A stretch of 64,000 nucleotides of DNA from Parcubacteria group bacterium LiPW_15 (GCA_007375645.1 VMER01000003.1:10008-74007); one strand, 5' to 3'. Shown: positions 10,058 to 20,751, counted from the stretch's first letter. Made by a program: numbers and translations. The notes: generated from the letters alone by a model not told the origin.

Positions 10058-10171
10058 AAAAGGCTGGCCCCTGCCGGGAGCTAGCCTTTATCTGTCTAAT
10101 CAAATTCGTCAGTCTAATCGAGGCACCTTAGCCTCAGAGGGAAATTATTTATCAGCAGAGCTAGTTGGAAA

Positions 10172-10252
10172 ACAAAAAACGGGACCACGACTCTTGTCAT
10201 CAAATGCACACGCCGAATGGCAGTGCCGATAACAGTAGTCGTAGTCCCGTCG
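10172..10252 (-). promoter_or_regulatory. Long hairpin + U-tract (attenuator-like) in the leader of the replication operon
   Basis: ACGGGAC..CACGAC..GCAC / GTGC..GTCGT..GTCCCGT extended stem followed by TTTTTTGTTT on the minus strand. Confidence 0.55.
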
Positions 10253-10430
10253 CGTTTAGACTGAGAATTCAGTCGCCGTCAGACCAACTAACTCTGATGT
10301 ATTTATTTTAGCCGATCCGGAAAAATGCTGCAAGACCCGTTCGCTGTGGACAAGAAATTGTCTGACAAATTCTAATGACAACTTTTGCCATTTTTGCCAT
10401 AAAGCGATACAATACCAATAAGGATTTATT

Positions 10431-10631
10431 ATGCCAAACAAACCAGCCGAAAAACTTTTAACCATTGAAGAAGTCGCAGAGATTCTTCGAGTTAGTACCC
10501 GCTCGGTGAACCGCTATATCGAATTGGGAAAACTTAAGGCATCCAAGATTGGTGTATGGCGAATAAAAGAATCTGACCTGAACGCTTTCTTGGAAGATAC
10601 AAGCAATATCAAACCCAAAAAGAAGAAATAA
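10431..10631 (+). CDS. Excisionase-like HTH DNA-binding protein
   Basis: LLTIEEVAEILRVSTRSVNRYI..GKLKASKIG.WRI..SDL signature. Confidence 0.9.
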   Translation: MPNKPAEKLLTIEEVAEILRVSTRSVNRYIELGKLKASKIGVWRIKESDLNAFLEDTSNIKPKKKK

Positions 10632-10634
10632 TTT

Positions 10635-12203
10635 ATGCCAACACTAAACTGGATCGGAAAAGAAGCGGTAACAAACCACGACAAAGAGGTTCCTTTTAAA
10701 TTGCTTAAAAAAGTTAAGACCGCTTCGGCTGGTGACAACTCTCAAAATCTAATTATTCATGGTGATAACCTGGAGGCATTGAAAGCTTTGATGCCTTATT
10801 ATGTCGGCCAGGTTAAGTGTATTTATATCGATCCTCCTTACAACACTGGTAACGAAGGCTGGATTTACAACGACAAAGTTAATTCTCCCAAAATTAAGCA
10901 GTGGCTAGGCAAGGTGGTCGGCCGCGAATCAGAAGATCTGACGCGCCACGATAAATGGCTATGCATGATGCATCCTCGCCTAAAACTTCTACGGGACTTG
11001 CTTGCTGAAGATGGTGCAATTTTTGTATCAATCGATGACAACGAACAACACAATTTAAGATCACTGCTTAATGAAATTTTTGAGGAGAAAAACTTTGTTA
11101 CAAATATCATTTGGCAAAAGAAGTACTCACCACAAAATGACGCCAAGTATTTCTCCGACATGCACGACTTCATAGTTGTTTATGCGAAGCATAAGAATAA
11201 AGGAGCAGAAAAGCATGGATGGATAAGAAATTTAATATCCCGAACTGAGCGTCAAAATGCCAGATACAAAAATCCAGATAATGATCCTCGTGGTCCGTGG
11301 AAACCGGCCGATCTTTCAGTAAAAACTTATTCAAAGGCCTATGATTACCCAATCACTACTCCTAGTGGCAGAGTAGTTAATCCTCCCAATGGACGATCGT
11401 GGTCTACGTCGAAAGAAAATTTTGAGGCATGGAGAAATGATAATCGTGTATGGTTCGGAAAGAATGGAAAGAATGTTCCCTCTGTAAAAATATACCTTTC
11501 AGAAGTCCAAGGTGGTACAGTTCCTCTATCCATTTGGTTAAGAGATGAGGTTGGAGATAATCAAGAAGCCAAGCAAGAGATTAAAGAATTATTAGGTACT
11601 GAAAATTTTCCTTTTGATACACCTAAGCCGGTACGTTTAATAAAACGTATTTTGCAGCTTACAACTAATGAAGACTCCTTAGTCATTGATTCCTTTGCCG
11701 GTTCAGGTACTACCGGCCATGCCGTTTTAGATTTGAACAAAGAAGACGGAGGGAATCGTAAATTTATTATGGTTGAAATGGAAGATAAGGTTGCAAAAGA
11801 TATTACAGCCGAGCGAGTTAAGCGTGCAATCAAGAAATACGGTTTTAAAGAAGGTTTTGAGTACTGCGAATTAGACAAGCCCCTTTTTAACGAGCACGGC
11901 CAGATTGAAGATACTTGTGACTTTCGTCAGTTCGCCACTTATATTTACTTCACCGAAACTCAAACCAACATCGATCCGAAGAAAATTGACGAGAATTATA
12001 TCGGTGAACTTGGGACCACTGAGTATTACTTGCTTTATAAGGGCAAGAATAAAAACGATTTGAATAAATCATTTCTAAAGAAAATCAAAAAGACTGAGAA
12101 CAAAAAGGTCATCTATGCGGACCGATGCCTGATTGACGACGAGACGCTTGCCAAGCACAACGTCGCGTTCAAGCAGATCCCTTACGAAGTAAAAGTATAT
12201 TAA
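10635..12203 (+). CDS. mod: Type III R-M methyltransferase (Mod)
   Basis: IYIDPPYNTG (motif IV), DSFAGSGTTG (motif I), GDNLEALK. Confidence 0.92.
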   Translation: MPTLNWIGKEAVTNHDKEVPFKLLKKVKTASAGDNSQNLIIHGDNLEALKALMPYYVGQVKCIYIDPPYNTGNEGWIYNDKVNSPKIKQWLGKVVGRESEDLTRHDKWLCMMHPRLKLLRDLLAEDGAIFVSIDDNEQHNLRSLLNEIFEEKNFVTNIIWQKKYSPQNDAKYFSDMHDFIVVYAKHKNKGAEKHGWIRNLISRTERQNARYKNPDNDPRGPWKPADLSVKTYSKAYDYPITTPSGRVVNPPNGRSWSTSKENFEAWRNDNRVWFGKNGKNVPSVKIYLSEVQGGTVPLSIWLRDEVGDNQEAKQEIKELLGTENFPFDTPKPVRLIKRILQLTTNEDSLVIDSFAGSGTTGHAVLDLNKEDGGNRKFIMVEMEDKVAKDITAERVKRAIKKYGFKEGFEYCELDKPLFNEHGQIEDTCDFRQFATYIYFTETQTNIDPKKIDENYIGELGTTEYYLLYKGKNKNDLNKSFLKKIKKTENKKVIYADRCLIDDETLAKHNVAFKQIPYEVKVY

Positions 12204-12207
12204 AACT

Positions 12208-14475
12208 ATGGAACTCAAACGCTATCAAAAAACTACACTGGAAACGCTCGAGCAGTTCTTGAAGGAATTGCACAAGGCCGGTCTGAAATACGCTTTCATG
12301 GGCATTACCGAGAAGCCCTATCGTGCTGAGGCATTCGGCGAAGTTCCATTTGTATGCATCAAGATACCTACCGGTGGCGGTAAGACTTTGGTTGGTTGCC
12401 ATGCGGTAGAAAAGGTTATGAGCGGAGCCTTGCAGAATAAGCTCGATCGCGGCATCGTGCTGTGGTTTACGCCGTCCGAAGCAATCAAAACTCAGACGCT
12501 AAAGAAGTTTAAAGATCGCAAAGACCCACATCGAAGAGTGCTTGATGAGGCGTTCGATAATAGCGTTAAGATTTTTTCAAACGAAGAAGCTTTATCTATC
12601 CGCAAAGCTGACGTTGCCGATAATCTTTGCATTGTTGTTGCCAGCCTTGAGGCATTCCGCAAAGAGAAGTCTTTGCAAAACAAATATAAAGTCTACCAAG
12701 AGAACGGCGCGCTTTTGGATCATTTTGAACATATTGAGGAACCGGATTTCCTTGAACGAGATAGCGAAGGCACGGTTATAAATTCACTGGCTAACGTGGT
12801 CCGGTTAAGTAATCCGCTAGTGGTAATTGACGAAGGACACAAGACAGCAACTAAGCTTTCTATCGATTTCCTCAAAGACTTAAACCCAAGTTTTATTGTT
12901 GAATACACTGCCACCCCACGAGATAACAGTAATATTCTTGTTGAAATTCATGCTTCTGAACTTAAGGACGAGCAGATGGTAAAGATTCCTATCGTTCTTG
13001 AGAGCGCAGCTCAATGGCAAAATGCTCTGACAAGAGGTATTGAAAAGCGAATAGAGTTGGAAAAGGACGCAAAGAAAATTAAGGGCGAATATATCCGGCC
13101 GATCGCACTTCTCCAAGCACAGCCCAAAAATAAGGACGGCAATACCATCACTGTTGAACACATAAAAGAGTTTTTGATTGAGCGAAAAATCCCAACCGAA
13201 CAAATCGCTATCAAAACTTCAGAAAAGAACGAGCTGGAAGGAGTTGATCTTTTTAGCAGGAGCAGTGATATCCGTTATATCATCACGGTGAATGCTCTGG
13301 CCGAAGGTTGGGATTGTTCTTTTGCTTATGTACTAGTTTCCGTTGCCAACCTTGGTTCAAAGATTGCTGTTGAGCAGATTATCGGACGCATTATCCGTCT
13401 GCCATATGCAAAGAAAAAAGCTAACGAAGACTTTAATAGAAGTTATGTTTTTGCATCAGCCAGGAATTTTAATGAGGCGGCAGAGCAGATTATTTCCGGC
13501 CTGGAAAGCAACGGTTATAGCCGATCAGACATTATCGGGGCCGATAAGAAGGATACCTCTTACGAATTAGAAGCGAAGAAGGCTATCTTAGATACGCTGA
13601 AGGTGCCGATGATGGCCTTGGACGGCGATCAATTAACTTTTGAAGATTTGGTTGGGAGCGACTTCGAGCTTTCAAAACAGGATTATAAATTTGAATTTCA
13701 AATCCATTACGATAACGACGGACGCGCCATTATTGATATCAAGAACGAAGACGAATGGATGCGTGGAAAGCAGATGTTTTTGAAACTTAATTACTCTGAC
13801 AAGAACTTTACAAAGAATGAACTGGTGCAGTGGCTGGATAAGAAGCTACGTTTTCCTCTTTTGGAAAAATCGGACAAAGTCGGTTTCCTCGATAAAGCCA
13901 TTGATTATCAGCTCAAGTCTCACACGCTTTCTGAGCTATCAGTCAATCGTTATGTCTTGGCCGACCGGCTAAGCGAAGTGATTAATGGCATTTTGGAAGA
14001 ATATGCCAAGGAACGCTTCGATTCGCTTTTGCAGAAAAAGAAAATCACTACAGAACCGTTCGACGCTTTCCCGGCCACCATTACTCTCAAACAAGCTATA
14101 CCGCAGGAGTTTAATAGGAATTACTACGAAAAGACAGATAAACTCAACCGCGAAGAGCTTGAGTTCGTCCAGCGTCTCGATCTCGACACACTTTCTAATA
14201 TTAAATATTGGGTTCGCAGCCGTGAGAAGATTGATCCGTTTTACATTCAGGGCTGGAAACGCGGAAAGTTTTATCCAGACTTTGTTGCTGTAACCAAAAA
14301 AGGAAATATTATCGCCCTCGAATGGAAAGGTGCGGATCGCGTAAGCAATGAAGATACTGCTTATAAAGTTAAGATTGGCGAGATTTGGTCGAATCTTGGA
14401 GGCAACAAACTGCACTTCTTCTTGGTGCATACCGGCAACGTAGAAGAAGTTCTAAAAGAAATAAAAGAGCTGTAA
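12208..14475 (+). CDS. res: Type III R-M restriction subunit (Res; SF2 helicase + C-terminal PD-(D/E)xK)
   Basis: PTGGGKT, DEGH, TAT, EGWD, QIIGR motifs; FYPDF...LEWKG nuclease. Confidence 0.9.
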   Translation: MELKRYQKTTLETLEQFLKELHKAGLKYAFMGITEKPYRAEAFGEVPFVCIKIPTGGGKTLVGCHAVEKVMSGALQNKLDRGIVLWFTPSEAIKTQTLKKFKDRKDPHRRVLDEAFDNSVKIFSNEEALSIRKADVADNLCIVVASLEAFRKEKSLQNKYKVYQENGALLDHFEHIEEPDFLERDSEGTVINSLANVVRLSNPLVVIDEGHKTATKLSIDFLKDLNPSFIVEYTATPRDNSNILVEIHASELKDEQMVKIPIVLESAAQWQNALTRGIEKRIELEKDAKKIKGEYIRPIALLQAQPKNKDGNTITVEHIKEFLIERKIPTEQIAIKTSEKNELEGVDLFSRSSDIRYIITVNALAEGWDCSFAYVLVSVANLGSKIAVEQIIGRIIRLPYAKKKANEDFNRSYVFASARNFNEAAEQIISGLESNGYSRSDIIGADKKDTSYELEAKKAILDTLKVPMMALDGDQLTFEDLVGSDFELSKQDYKFEFQIHYDNDGRAIIDIKNEDEWMRGKQMFLKLNYSDKNFTKNELVQWLDKKLRFPLLEKSDKVGFLDKAIDYQLKSHTLSELSVNRYVLADRLSEVINGILEEYAKERFDSLLQKKKITTEPFDAFPATITLKQAIPQEFNRNYYEKTDKLNREELEFVQRLDLDTLSNIKYWVRSREKIDPFYIQGWKRGKFYPDFVAVTKKGNIIALEWKGADRVSNEDTAYKVKIGEIWSNLGGNKLHFFLVHTGNVEEVLKEIKEL

Positions 14476-14489
14476 ATTATGGAATATTT

Positions 14490-17400
14490 ATGGCAAAACG
14501 ACTTACCAGAAATGAAGATGCGCCGTTCTACTTCGAGAAATTATATGCAGGGATTTGTTTTTTAGACCTTCTCACAAGCACATCCTCTTTAGAGAAAATA
14601 GAAATTAAACCTGATAGGAAACACGGTTCCGTTAGAAGAATTGAAGATCTAACCAAATATCATACAGATGATAGTGTTGAGATTGTTCAAATTAAACACA
14701 CACTCAATCAAGGTACCAAATGGGGTTTCGCTGATCTTTGGGTAAGTAATATACGTCCAAAAACATCTTCTCGTCGCAAAGAAGGAACGAATATATTTAA
14801 GTTTTTAAAAAGTTGGCGCACCCATAAAGATAATGGGAAAAATGTTTCTTTAATTATAGCTAGCAATAAAATACCTACTAACGATCTAAATAGCCTGTTA
14901 AGAGATATCGGGAGAGTCAATAAAAGGAAGCTGTCTTGGAGAAAATTCCAAACTAAATATTCCACTGAGCTAAAAAATATTGAAGCAAATTGTAGTGAAG
15001 AACCATTTAGCAATAAAAAAGAATTAAAAGACTTCATTGGGGCGTTTCGCTTCCAAAAACTTCCCGATATAGAATCTTTAGAAAAGAGATTAGTAGTAAA
15101 ACTTAAAAAGCAAGGCGTTATCGATAATGACCGTGTAAATGCGTTCATAAATAGAGTCACAAAAACTTTTGTATCGGACCAAGTAGAAATATTCTCAACT
15201 CATGTTGCTAGTTTAATCGATCGATTAAAAACGGGTTTGATTCAGGAGATTATCGCGCCGCCAAATTACATTGAACGTCCTGAGTTAGAAAAGAAGATTA
15301 TTAAGGCAATAGAGATTAAGAAAAAGAATGGAGGGTTTGTTCTTTTATTTGCCCCTTCTGGCTCTGGGAAAACCGTATTACTTTCTAGACTAGCAGAGAA
15401 AAATCCGGATTTCTTTCCCTATTTTTGTCGCATTCGTCCTTTTGAAACTACAAAAAATCGGGCTGGCCATTCAAATACAAACAGACTAAAAAGCTCATGG
15501 TTTAAGGCAGACATCATTCAAAGATGTTTTGAATTTGGTTTATTGCCAATGTCTATAGGCGTAAACGATAATGAGGACTTTATTGATAAAACATTTGATG
15601 AGGCTTTAAAAAAATTGAGCGAAAAGGCACTTCAGAGACCAGGGAAAAAAATTGTCATCATCGTCGACGCATTAGATCAGGTGGAGACTGATAAATATAA
15701 GGAACGGTCTGTACTAGATGCAATACCATCGGTTAATTACCCCGGAGTAATTTTCTTATTAAGTACTTGGGGAGAAAAGTACTTACCTCAATCAATTAAA
15801 AATTTATCAGCGAATATAAAAAAAGAAATCAGTACTGATCTGTATTTTAGTGAAATAGAAACAAAGCAATATCTCGAGAAAGCAAATATCAGTTTGTCCC
15901 AAGACCAGGCAACAATAATTAAAAACAAAACCGGAGGATTAGCTATCTCACTATTTTACCTCAGCAAAAAGGTACAAGGTGGAGGGAGTCTCGATGAAGT
16001 AATTGGTTCGCAAGAACAATACTCTGAAGTTTTTGATTGGTATAAACCTATCTGGAATAGTTTTAATAATCGCGAGAAGGAATGTTTGGGATATTTATGT
16101 TTCCACTTTTCGCCGGTACCAAGGCAGGATTTACGCAACATAGTTTCCAAATTTAATACGGCAAGCTTCAATAATCTCATAGAAAAAATTGAACATTTTT
16201 TGGTTGCGAACAGCAACAGTCTTGAACCATATCATGATAGCTTTAGAAGATTTGTGGTGAGTAGGTTGTCGAAAGATAAGGACGCTTTTCACCAACGGAT
16301 CGCCAAATATTATTCTCAAAACACCCGGTTATTATATGGTCGCAAGTATACAATCAAACATTTAGAAGCAGTAGGCTTGTCGCAGCTGTCTGTCAGAAAC
16401 ACATATGCCGTGCTTCACAAAAATCAGTTTTTCGGAGAAATATTACGATCAAATATTGATAATCAAACCAAGGTTGAGGTTGGTAAGAGTTTTGTAAATT
16501 ATTTTTTTCAGACAAATAATATTGAACACTTGGTAAAGTATGCGGTTACTACCAGCGATATTTACCCGACAGTTCATGATGAGGATGTTTATTCAAAAGC
16601 TAAAATCGCAACCGATAAACTTCTGAAAGAAGTCGAAGAAGAATTATTACTCCCCAAAGGTGATCAGCCCTGGCTACGTCAAGAATGGGTCTTTAAGCGT
16701 CTGGCCATAGGGAATATTCTCGCCAAGAAAAAAAGCAAGAACTGTTTAACTCTAGCTCATCGTCTTATAGACGACAGCCTTTTCAGGATTTCTTTAGACA
16801 GAGAATTGCTCTGGGGAAATGATAATCGCTCTCAAGATCGTTTTTGGGATAATGCCGAGGAGCTTGCAACCGCATTGGTTAATATTGGTCGGTATAAACG
16901 AAGCTTAACTTTCCTAAAGAAAGAGATAGGTTTCAAGAAAAATAAATCCATTCTTCAAGGATTTAAGGGTAACTATATAACGAGAATTCATCTTCAGCAC
17001 CTTAAAACAAATATCGATGAAGCTTTAACAGCGATTCGTCGCGCGCCCAAAATAGAACGCCTTTTAACCTATTTGCAGATGGAAAAAGAAGGTATCAATG
17101 TGCCTAACAAGAAAGACTTTAAAACATTATTAGCAGATGAGAAGCTCGAGAAGTATTTATATAACGATAGCTATATCAACCAGTATCTGGATTTAAGTGA
17201 GGCTTTATTTGTGCATAACGTTAGGGGTCGAAAAGAAAGAATAATAAGACTATTAGACAAGGTAAAATTGGAAATCCCTTATCATGATCACGGGTACTCT
17301 TATTGGGGAACTCATGGAAACAACCGAGATACTTTCATGCGTTGGACGGCGTTACGGTCTTTGGTGGACAGAAGTTTCAAGTTGGGAGAGTTTTATTCAC

Positions 17401-19187
17401 AAGAATTAAAAAATAAATTTTCTAAATCAAATGATAATTCCGAGAGGGAGAATCCTGAATTCGTAAAGGTTTTGTCCATAGGGCAAGAATTAACGAAATC
17501 CAGATTACTTCTGAGAGCAAAAAAGATTATATGGCAATCCTTCAAAAAATTATTTGATAATAGTTTGAAATTATATAAAGAAAAAATTGATCAGATAAAC
17601 GCACAGCGTGAATCACATTATTCTGCGGACATACAAAAAAATTTATATCCCTACAGCCAAGATTTACACAACTTAATTGATGACAATATTTGGGAAATAA
17701 ACTCGCTGTTCCCAAATAAATTATTAAATTCTCTAGATAGATTGGAAAAAATATTCGGTCATGATTATGTTAGCAACAAGGCAGAACTTTTAGAAAGCCT
17801 CGTTTCTTTAACTACGCCAAAAACTTCTACATTAAAAGAAAAAATAGAAGGCTATTTGAACCGGGCTTTAGAACTGCGACAAAAAGAAGAGCTTGATAAT
17901 TTAAATAAGAGCGACAATTTAAAAAAACTGGCTGTTCTAGCTGCTCATAAAGGTTTCCCGGAAATGGCGGATGATATATTTGAGAAAAATCTTAAATATT
18001 CTCGCGGTCTCTGGAATAAAGGCGATCTAAGGATAACTAATCTTATTGATTCGGCGCGCACTCAAAAAAAAGAACATTTCGAACCAATCTTAAAATTAAT
18101 TGATCGTGTTTCTGATGTTATAGAAGGATCGTGGTATTGGAAACTTGATTTTTTGGAATCAGCCGCCTATGCCGATTATTCTCTGGCCCTGGATTATCTT
18201 TCTTCTTTTGTGATGAAAAGTGAAGTAAATCAAAATCAGGCTTTAGAGCGAATAATATCAACTTATATAAAACGTAATCCGTATAGTAAGTTCTCCGAAA
18301 TCCTCCCCCTTCTAAGATTGATGGATGTTAAAGAAGAAAACTCTTCTGATTATTTTGAATATATTACTAAAGCCTATCTTGCCTCCATAAAGTGGTCCTT
18401 ATTCAACAAAGATTACACAACAGCTAAAAGCCTGGCGCGGCAATACTATTTAATTCTTAAAACGGATGTTGAACCATCGCATAGAATGAATTTATTGAGG
18501 GACTTTTCTGCATCGTTAGCTGATCCGGAGTTAAAAACAATTCTAAGAGAGGTTGGCGTATATTTAAAAAAGTTGGAGCAAGAAGGATATCGAGCGGCTG
18601 AGAAAAGCAACTCTGAATTTAAAGTTAGTTATAAAGACTTAAATATTAAACAATTAAAAACTCTGGCCCAAAAAGGCCAGATTGAAGCCCTACAGAAAAA
18701 AATAAATGAGTACGCTAAAACGGAAGGTTATTTTACATACAGACTGATTACTGAATTAGTCCCTTCGCTTAGCGATAACGATCTTCAAAAAATTAGAAAA
18801 TGGGGATCAGAAAATAAAGTGAATGTGGACAGCCCCGAATTATTTGTGGCTATTTTGAAAAAGGCAGTCAGGATTAATAATAAGCGACTGATAAATAAAA
18901 CGCGATCAGAAATAATCCAATATTTGAAATCATCTGAACGTGATTACGGGTTAAGTGAGATTATAAGAGAGCTTGATAAAATAGACTTTCCGAAAAAGAA
19001 GGAGTTGTTAAGGAGGCTGCTATTATTGGGCATTTGCAGATTAACGGGAAGTGGTTACTACCTACCACAGTTTTTTACTTACACCTCCGAAAGCATTGAT
19101 TCATATTTTCCAGAATTAAAAGGATACGCTTTTTCAAGCTGGAAAAATATCGTAAATAAATCCATGCGCCTTTCTCTATCACAATGA
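14490..19187 (+). CDS. Nuclease-NACHT/STAND protein (Avs-like), 1565 aa
   Basis: Start reassigned to ATG 14490. IEDL...VQIKH nuclease-like motif, Walker A APSGSGKT, Walker B IIVDALD, GGLAI and YHDSFRRF STAND motifs. AT-rich. Confidence 0.75.
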   Translation: MAKRLTRNEDAPFYFEKLYAGICFLDLLTSTSSLEKIEIKPDRKHGSVRRIEDLTKYHTDDSVEIVQIKHTLNQGTKWGFADLWVSNIRPKTSSRRKEGTNIFKFLKSWRTHKDNGKNVSLIIASNKIPTNDLNSLLRDIGRVNKRKLSWRKFQTKYSTELKNIEANCSEEPFSNKKELKDFIGAFRFQKLPDIESLEKRLVVKLKKQGVIDNDRVNAFINRVTKTFVSDQVEIFSTHVASLIDRLKTGLIQEIIAPPNYIERPELEKKIIKAIEIKKKNGGFVLLFAPSGSGKTVLLSRLAEKNPDFFPYFCRIRPFETTKNRAGHSNTNRLKSSWFKADIIQRCFEFGLLPMSIGVNDNEDFIDKTFDEALKKLSEKALQRPGKKIVIIVDALDQVETDKYKERSVLDAIPSVNYPGVIFLLSTWGEKYLPQSIKNLSANIKKEISTDLYFSEIETKQYLEKANISLSQDQATIIKNKTGGLAISLFYLSKKVQGGGSLDEVIGSQEQYSEVFDWYKPIWNSFNNREKECLGYLCFHFSPVPRQDLRNIVSKFNTASFNNLIEKIEHFLVANSNSLEPYHDSFRRFVVSRLSKDKDAFHQRIAKYYSQNTRLLYGRKYTIKHLEAVGLSQLSVRNTYAVLHKNQFFGEILRSNIDNQTKVEVGKSFVNYFFQTNNIEHLVKYAVTTSDIYPTVHDEDVYSKAKIATDKLLKEVEEELLLPKGDQPWLRQEWVFKRLAIGNILAKKKSKNCLTLAHRLIDDSLFRISLDRELLWGNDNRSQDRFWDNAEELATALVNIGRYKRSLTFLKKEIGFKKNKSILQGFKGNYITRIHLQHLKTNIDEALTAIRRAPKIERLLTYLQMEKEGINVPNKKDFKTLLADEKLEKYLYNDSYINQYLDLSEALFVHNVRGRKERIIRLLDKVKLEIPYHDHGYSYWGTHGNNRDTFMRWTALRSLVDRSFKLGEFYSQELKNKFSKSNDNSERENPEFVKVLSIGQELTKSRLLLRAKKIIWQSFKKLFDNSLKLYKEKIDQINAQRESHYSADIQKNLYPYSQDLHNLIDDNIWEINSLFPNKLLNSLDRLEKIFGHDYVSNKAELLESLVSLTTPKTSTLKEKIEGYLNRALELRQKEELDNLNKSDNLKKLAVLAAHKGFPEMADDIFEKNLKYSRGLWNKGDLRITNLIDSARTQKKEHFEPILKLIDRVSDVIEGSWYWKLDFLESAAYADYSLALDYLSSFVMKSEVNQNQALERIISTYIKRNPYSKFSEILPLLRLMDVKEENSSDYFEYITKAYLASIKWSLFNKDYTTAKSLARQYYLILKTDVEPSHRMNLLRDFSASLADPELKTILREVGVYLKKLEQEGYRAAEKSNSEFKVSYKDLNIKQLKTLAQKGQIEALQKKINEYAKTEGYFTYRLITELVPSLSDNDLQKIRKWGSENKVNVDSPELFVAILKKAVRINNKRLINKTRSEIIQYLKSSERDYGLSEIIRELDKIDFPKKKELLRRLLLLGICRLTGSGYYLPQFFTYTSESIDSYFPELKGYAFSSWKNIVNKSMRLSLSQ

Positions 19188-20680
19188 ATACACTAGAATT
19201 TCTTTCAACTTATTTAAAATCACCAATCATTGCATATCGCAATAAATCTTTATTGTGCTTATTTGAAAATTCTAAACGTGATCAAAGAACAATAAACCAA
19301 TTAGGGCTAAATCTAAATTCAGATAACCTGGATATTGTTTTGAACAGTCTCCGGATCATATATTCCATTAGTCTTCTAGGAAATCCTAAGTTACAAACAA
19401 TTAATGGAAAAATCGCTAAGCTCGGATTGCAGACAAATCACTTCACCATTGCATGTCTATGCAGAGATATTTTGGATGAAATTGGTAATAAGGTAGCATC
19501 CAAAGCAAAATCTATTACTAAAATAATTACACCTGAAATAATTGAGCCAGTTGATGAAGAAATGTTCTTTGATAATTGTGATTACTCTCTTGAGTATTCC
19601 TTAGGGGCTAAAGATTATAAATATGAGCTGTCCCATATTTGCAGGACTTTTAGATATGATTGCAAGAAAGCGGCTAAGCAAGTATTCGCCAATATGAGAA
19701 TACTTGGGTATAGAAAAAAAGTTCAATATTGGAAAGAGCGGCCATCACGCTGGCAGCATGATTTCGAGGGTAATCGATATGAAACCAGGCTAAATTATTT
19801 TGCTAGACATGCAATTCAAATGTTTTTAATGTGGTGCGTCCAAAACTTATCAACTACAGAAAATGATTGGTTAGAACTTCTAACAAGCCAACGAAAATGT
19901 GATGCTTCTTTGCCAAAATTAAGCATACAAGAAAGACCGCATTTCGTACGATTTACAGATTTAGAAATAAACACGGAGAAATGGATAAAGGGCAGAATTA
20001 AAAATCGTGATGCCTATGAGCTTTTTGATCCGAAAGCAAAATGGTTTCCGCTATACGAAAGCACTGACTTCAAATATGAAGATAAAGCATTTAATAGGCA
20101 CATAACCACCTGTTTTATTAAACCTCCAACATTTAAAATTTCAAAGAAACTTGAATTTTCTACACCAAATTACAGCTGCCGAAATTCCTACATAAATGAA
20201 CTGCCTATAAAGGCAAGGCAGAATGGTAGGTTATATTTGGACGATTCTGGTAATCGACACGATGAATTAAAAGACAAGTTACTTCCTTCATACGGGATTG
20301 TTTCTGAGGACTTTGATGATTGCGTTAAACTTTTTCCCGCCCCAGAAATAATAGAGCATTTCAAGTTATCACAAAGAAAAAATACGTTAAGTTATTATAA
20401 AGGGTCAGAGCTGGTTGCTTATTGTGTTAATTGGCAGGATGGTTATTACCGTAATGTAGGACGACAAGGAGAAGATAAGTTTGAGCTTGCTAACCACGGT
20501 CATTTATTGATGGTAAAGACTAAGTATATTAAAAAGTATTTAGCCGATAAAAATTTGAGGTTGTTAGTAATGGGCAATGTTTGGAAAAGAAAAGTAGATA
20601 AATGGTCCCATGAGGGTGATTACAGTAATAAAAAAACCTCAAAACATAAGTGGTTATCTTTTGAGATAATTAAATTTTAA
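19184..20680 (+). CDS. Hypothetical protein translationally coupled to the Avs-like gene
   Basis: ATGA overlap with the upstream stop, 498 aa, same AT-rich composition. Confidence 0.8.
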   Translation: MNTLEFLSTYLKSPIIAYRNKSLLCLFENSKRDQRTINQLGLNLNSDNLDIVLNSLRIIYSISLLGNPKLQTINGKIAKLGLQTNHFTIACLCRDILDEIGNKVASKAKSITKIITPEIIEPVDEEMFFDNCDYSLEYSLGAKDYKYELSHICRTFRYDCKKAAKQVFANMRILGYRKKVQYWKERPSRWQHDFEGNRYETRLNYFARHAIQMFLMWCVQNLSTTENDWLELLTSQRKCDASLPKLSIQERPHFVRFTDLEINTEKWIKGRIKNRDAYELFDPKAKWFPLYESTDFKYEDKAFNRHITTCFIKPPTFKISKKLEFSTPNYSCRNSYINELPIKARQNGRLYLDDSGNRHDELKDKLLPSYGIVSEDFDDCVKLFPAPEIIEHFKLSQRKNTLSYYKGSELVAYCVNWQDGYYRNVGRQGEDKFELANHGHLLMVKTKYIKKYLADKNLRLLVMGNVWKRKVDKWSHEGDYSNKKTSKHKWLSFEIIKF

Positions 20681-20751
20681 TTAATCCAATTGAACGACGA
20701 TTCGTGACGTAGGTGCGACAGAGCGTGAAGTAGTTGATATCTGCATGACCA

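Noticed and set aside
10635-12203. Phase-variable mod (phasevarion)
   Set aside because: No simple-sequence repeat tract; the ORF is intact.
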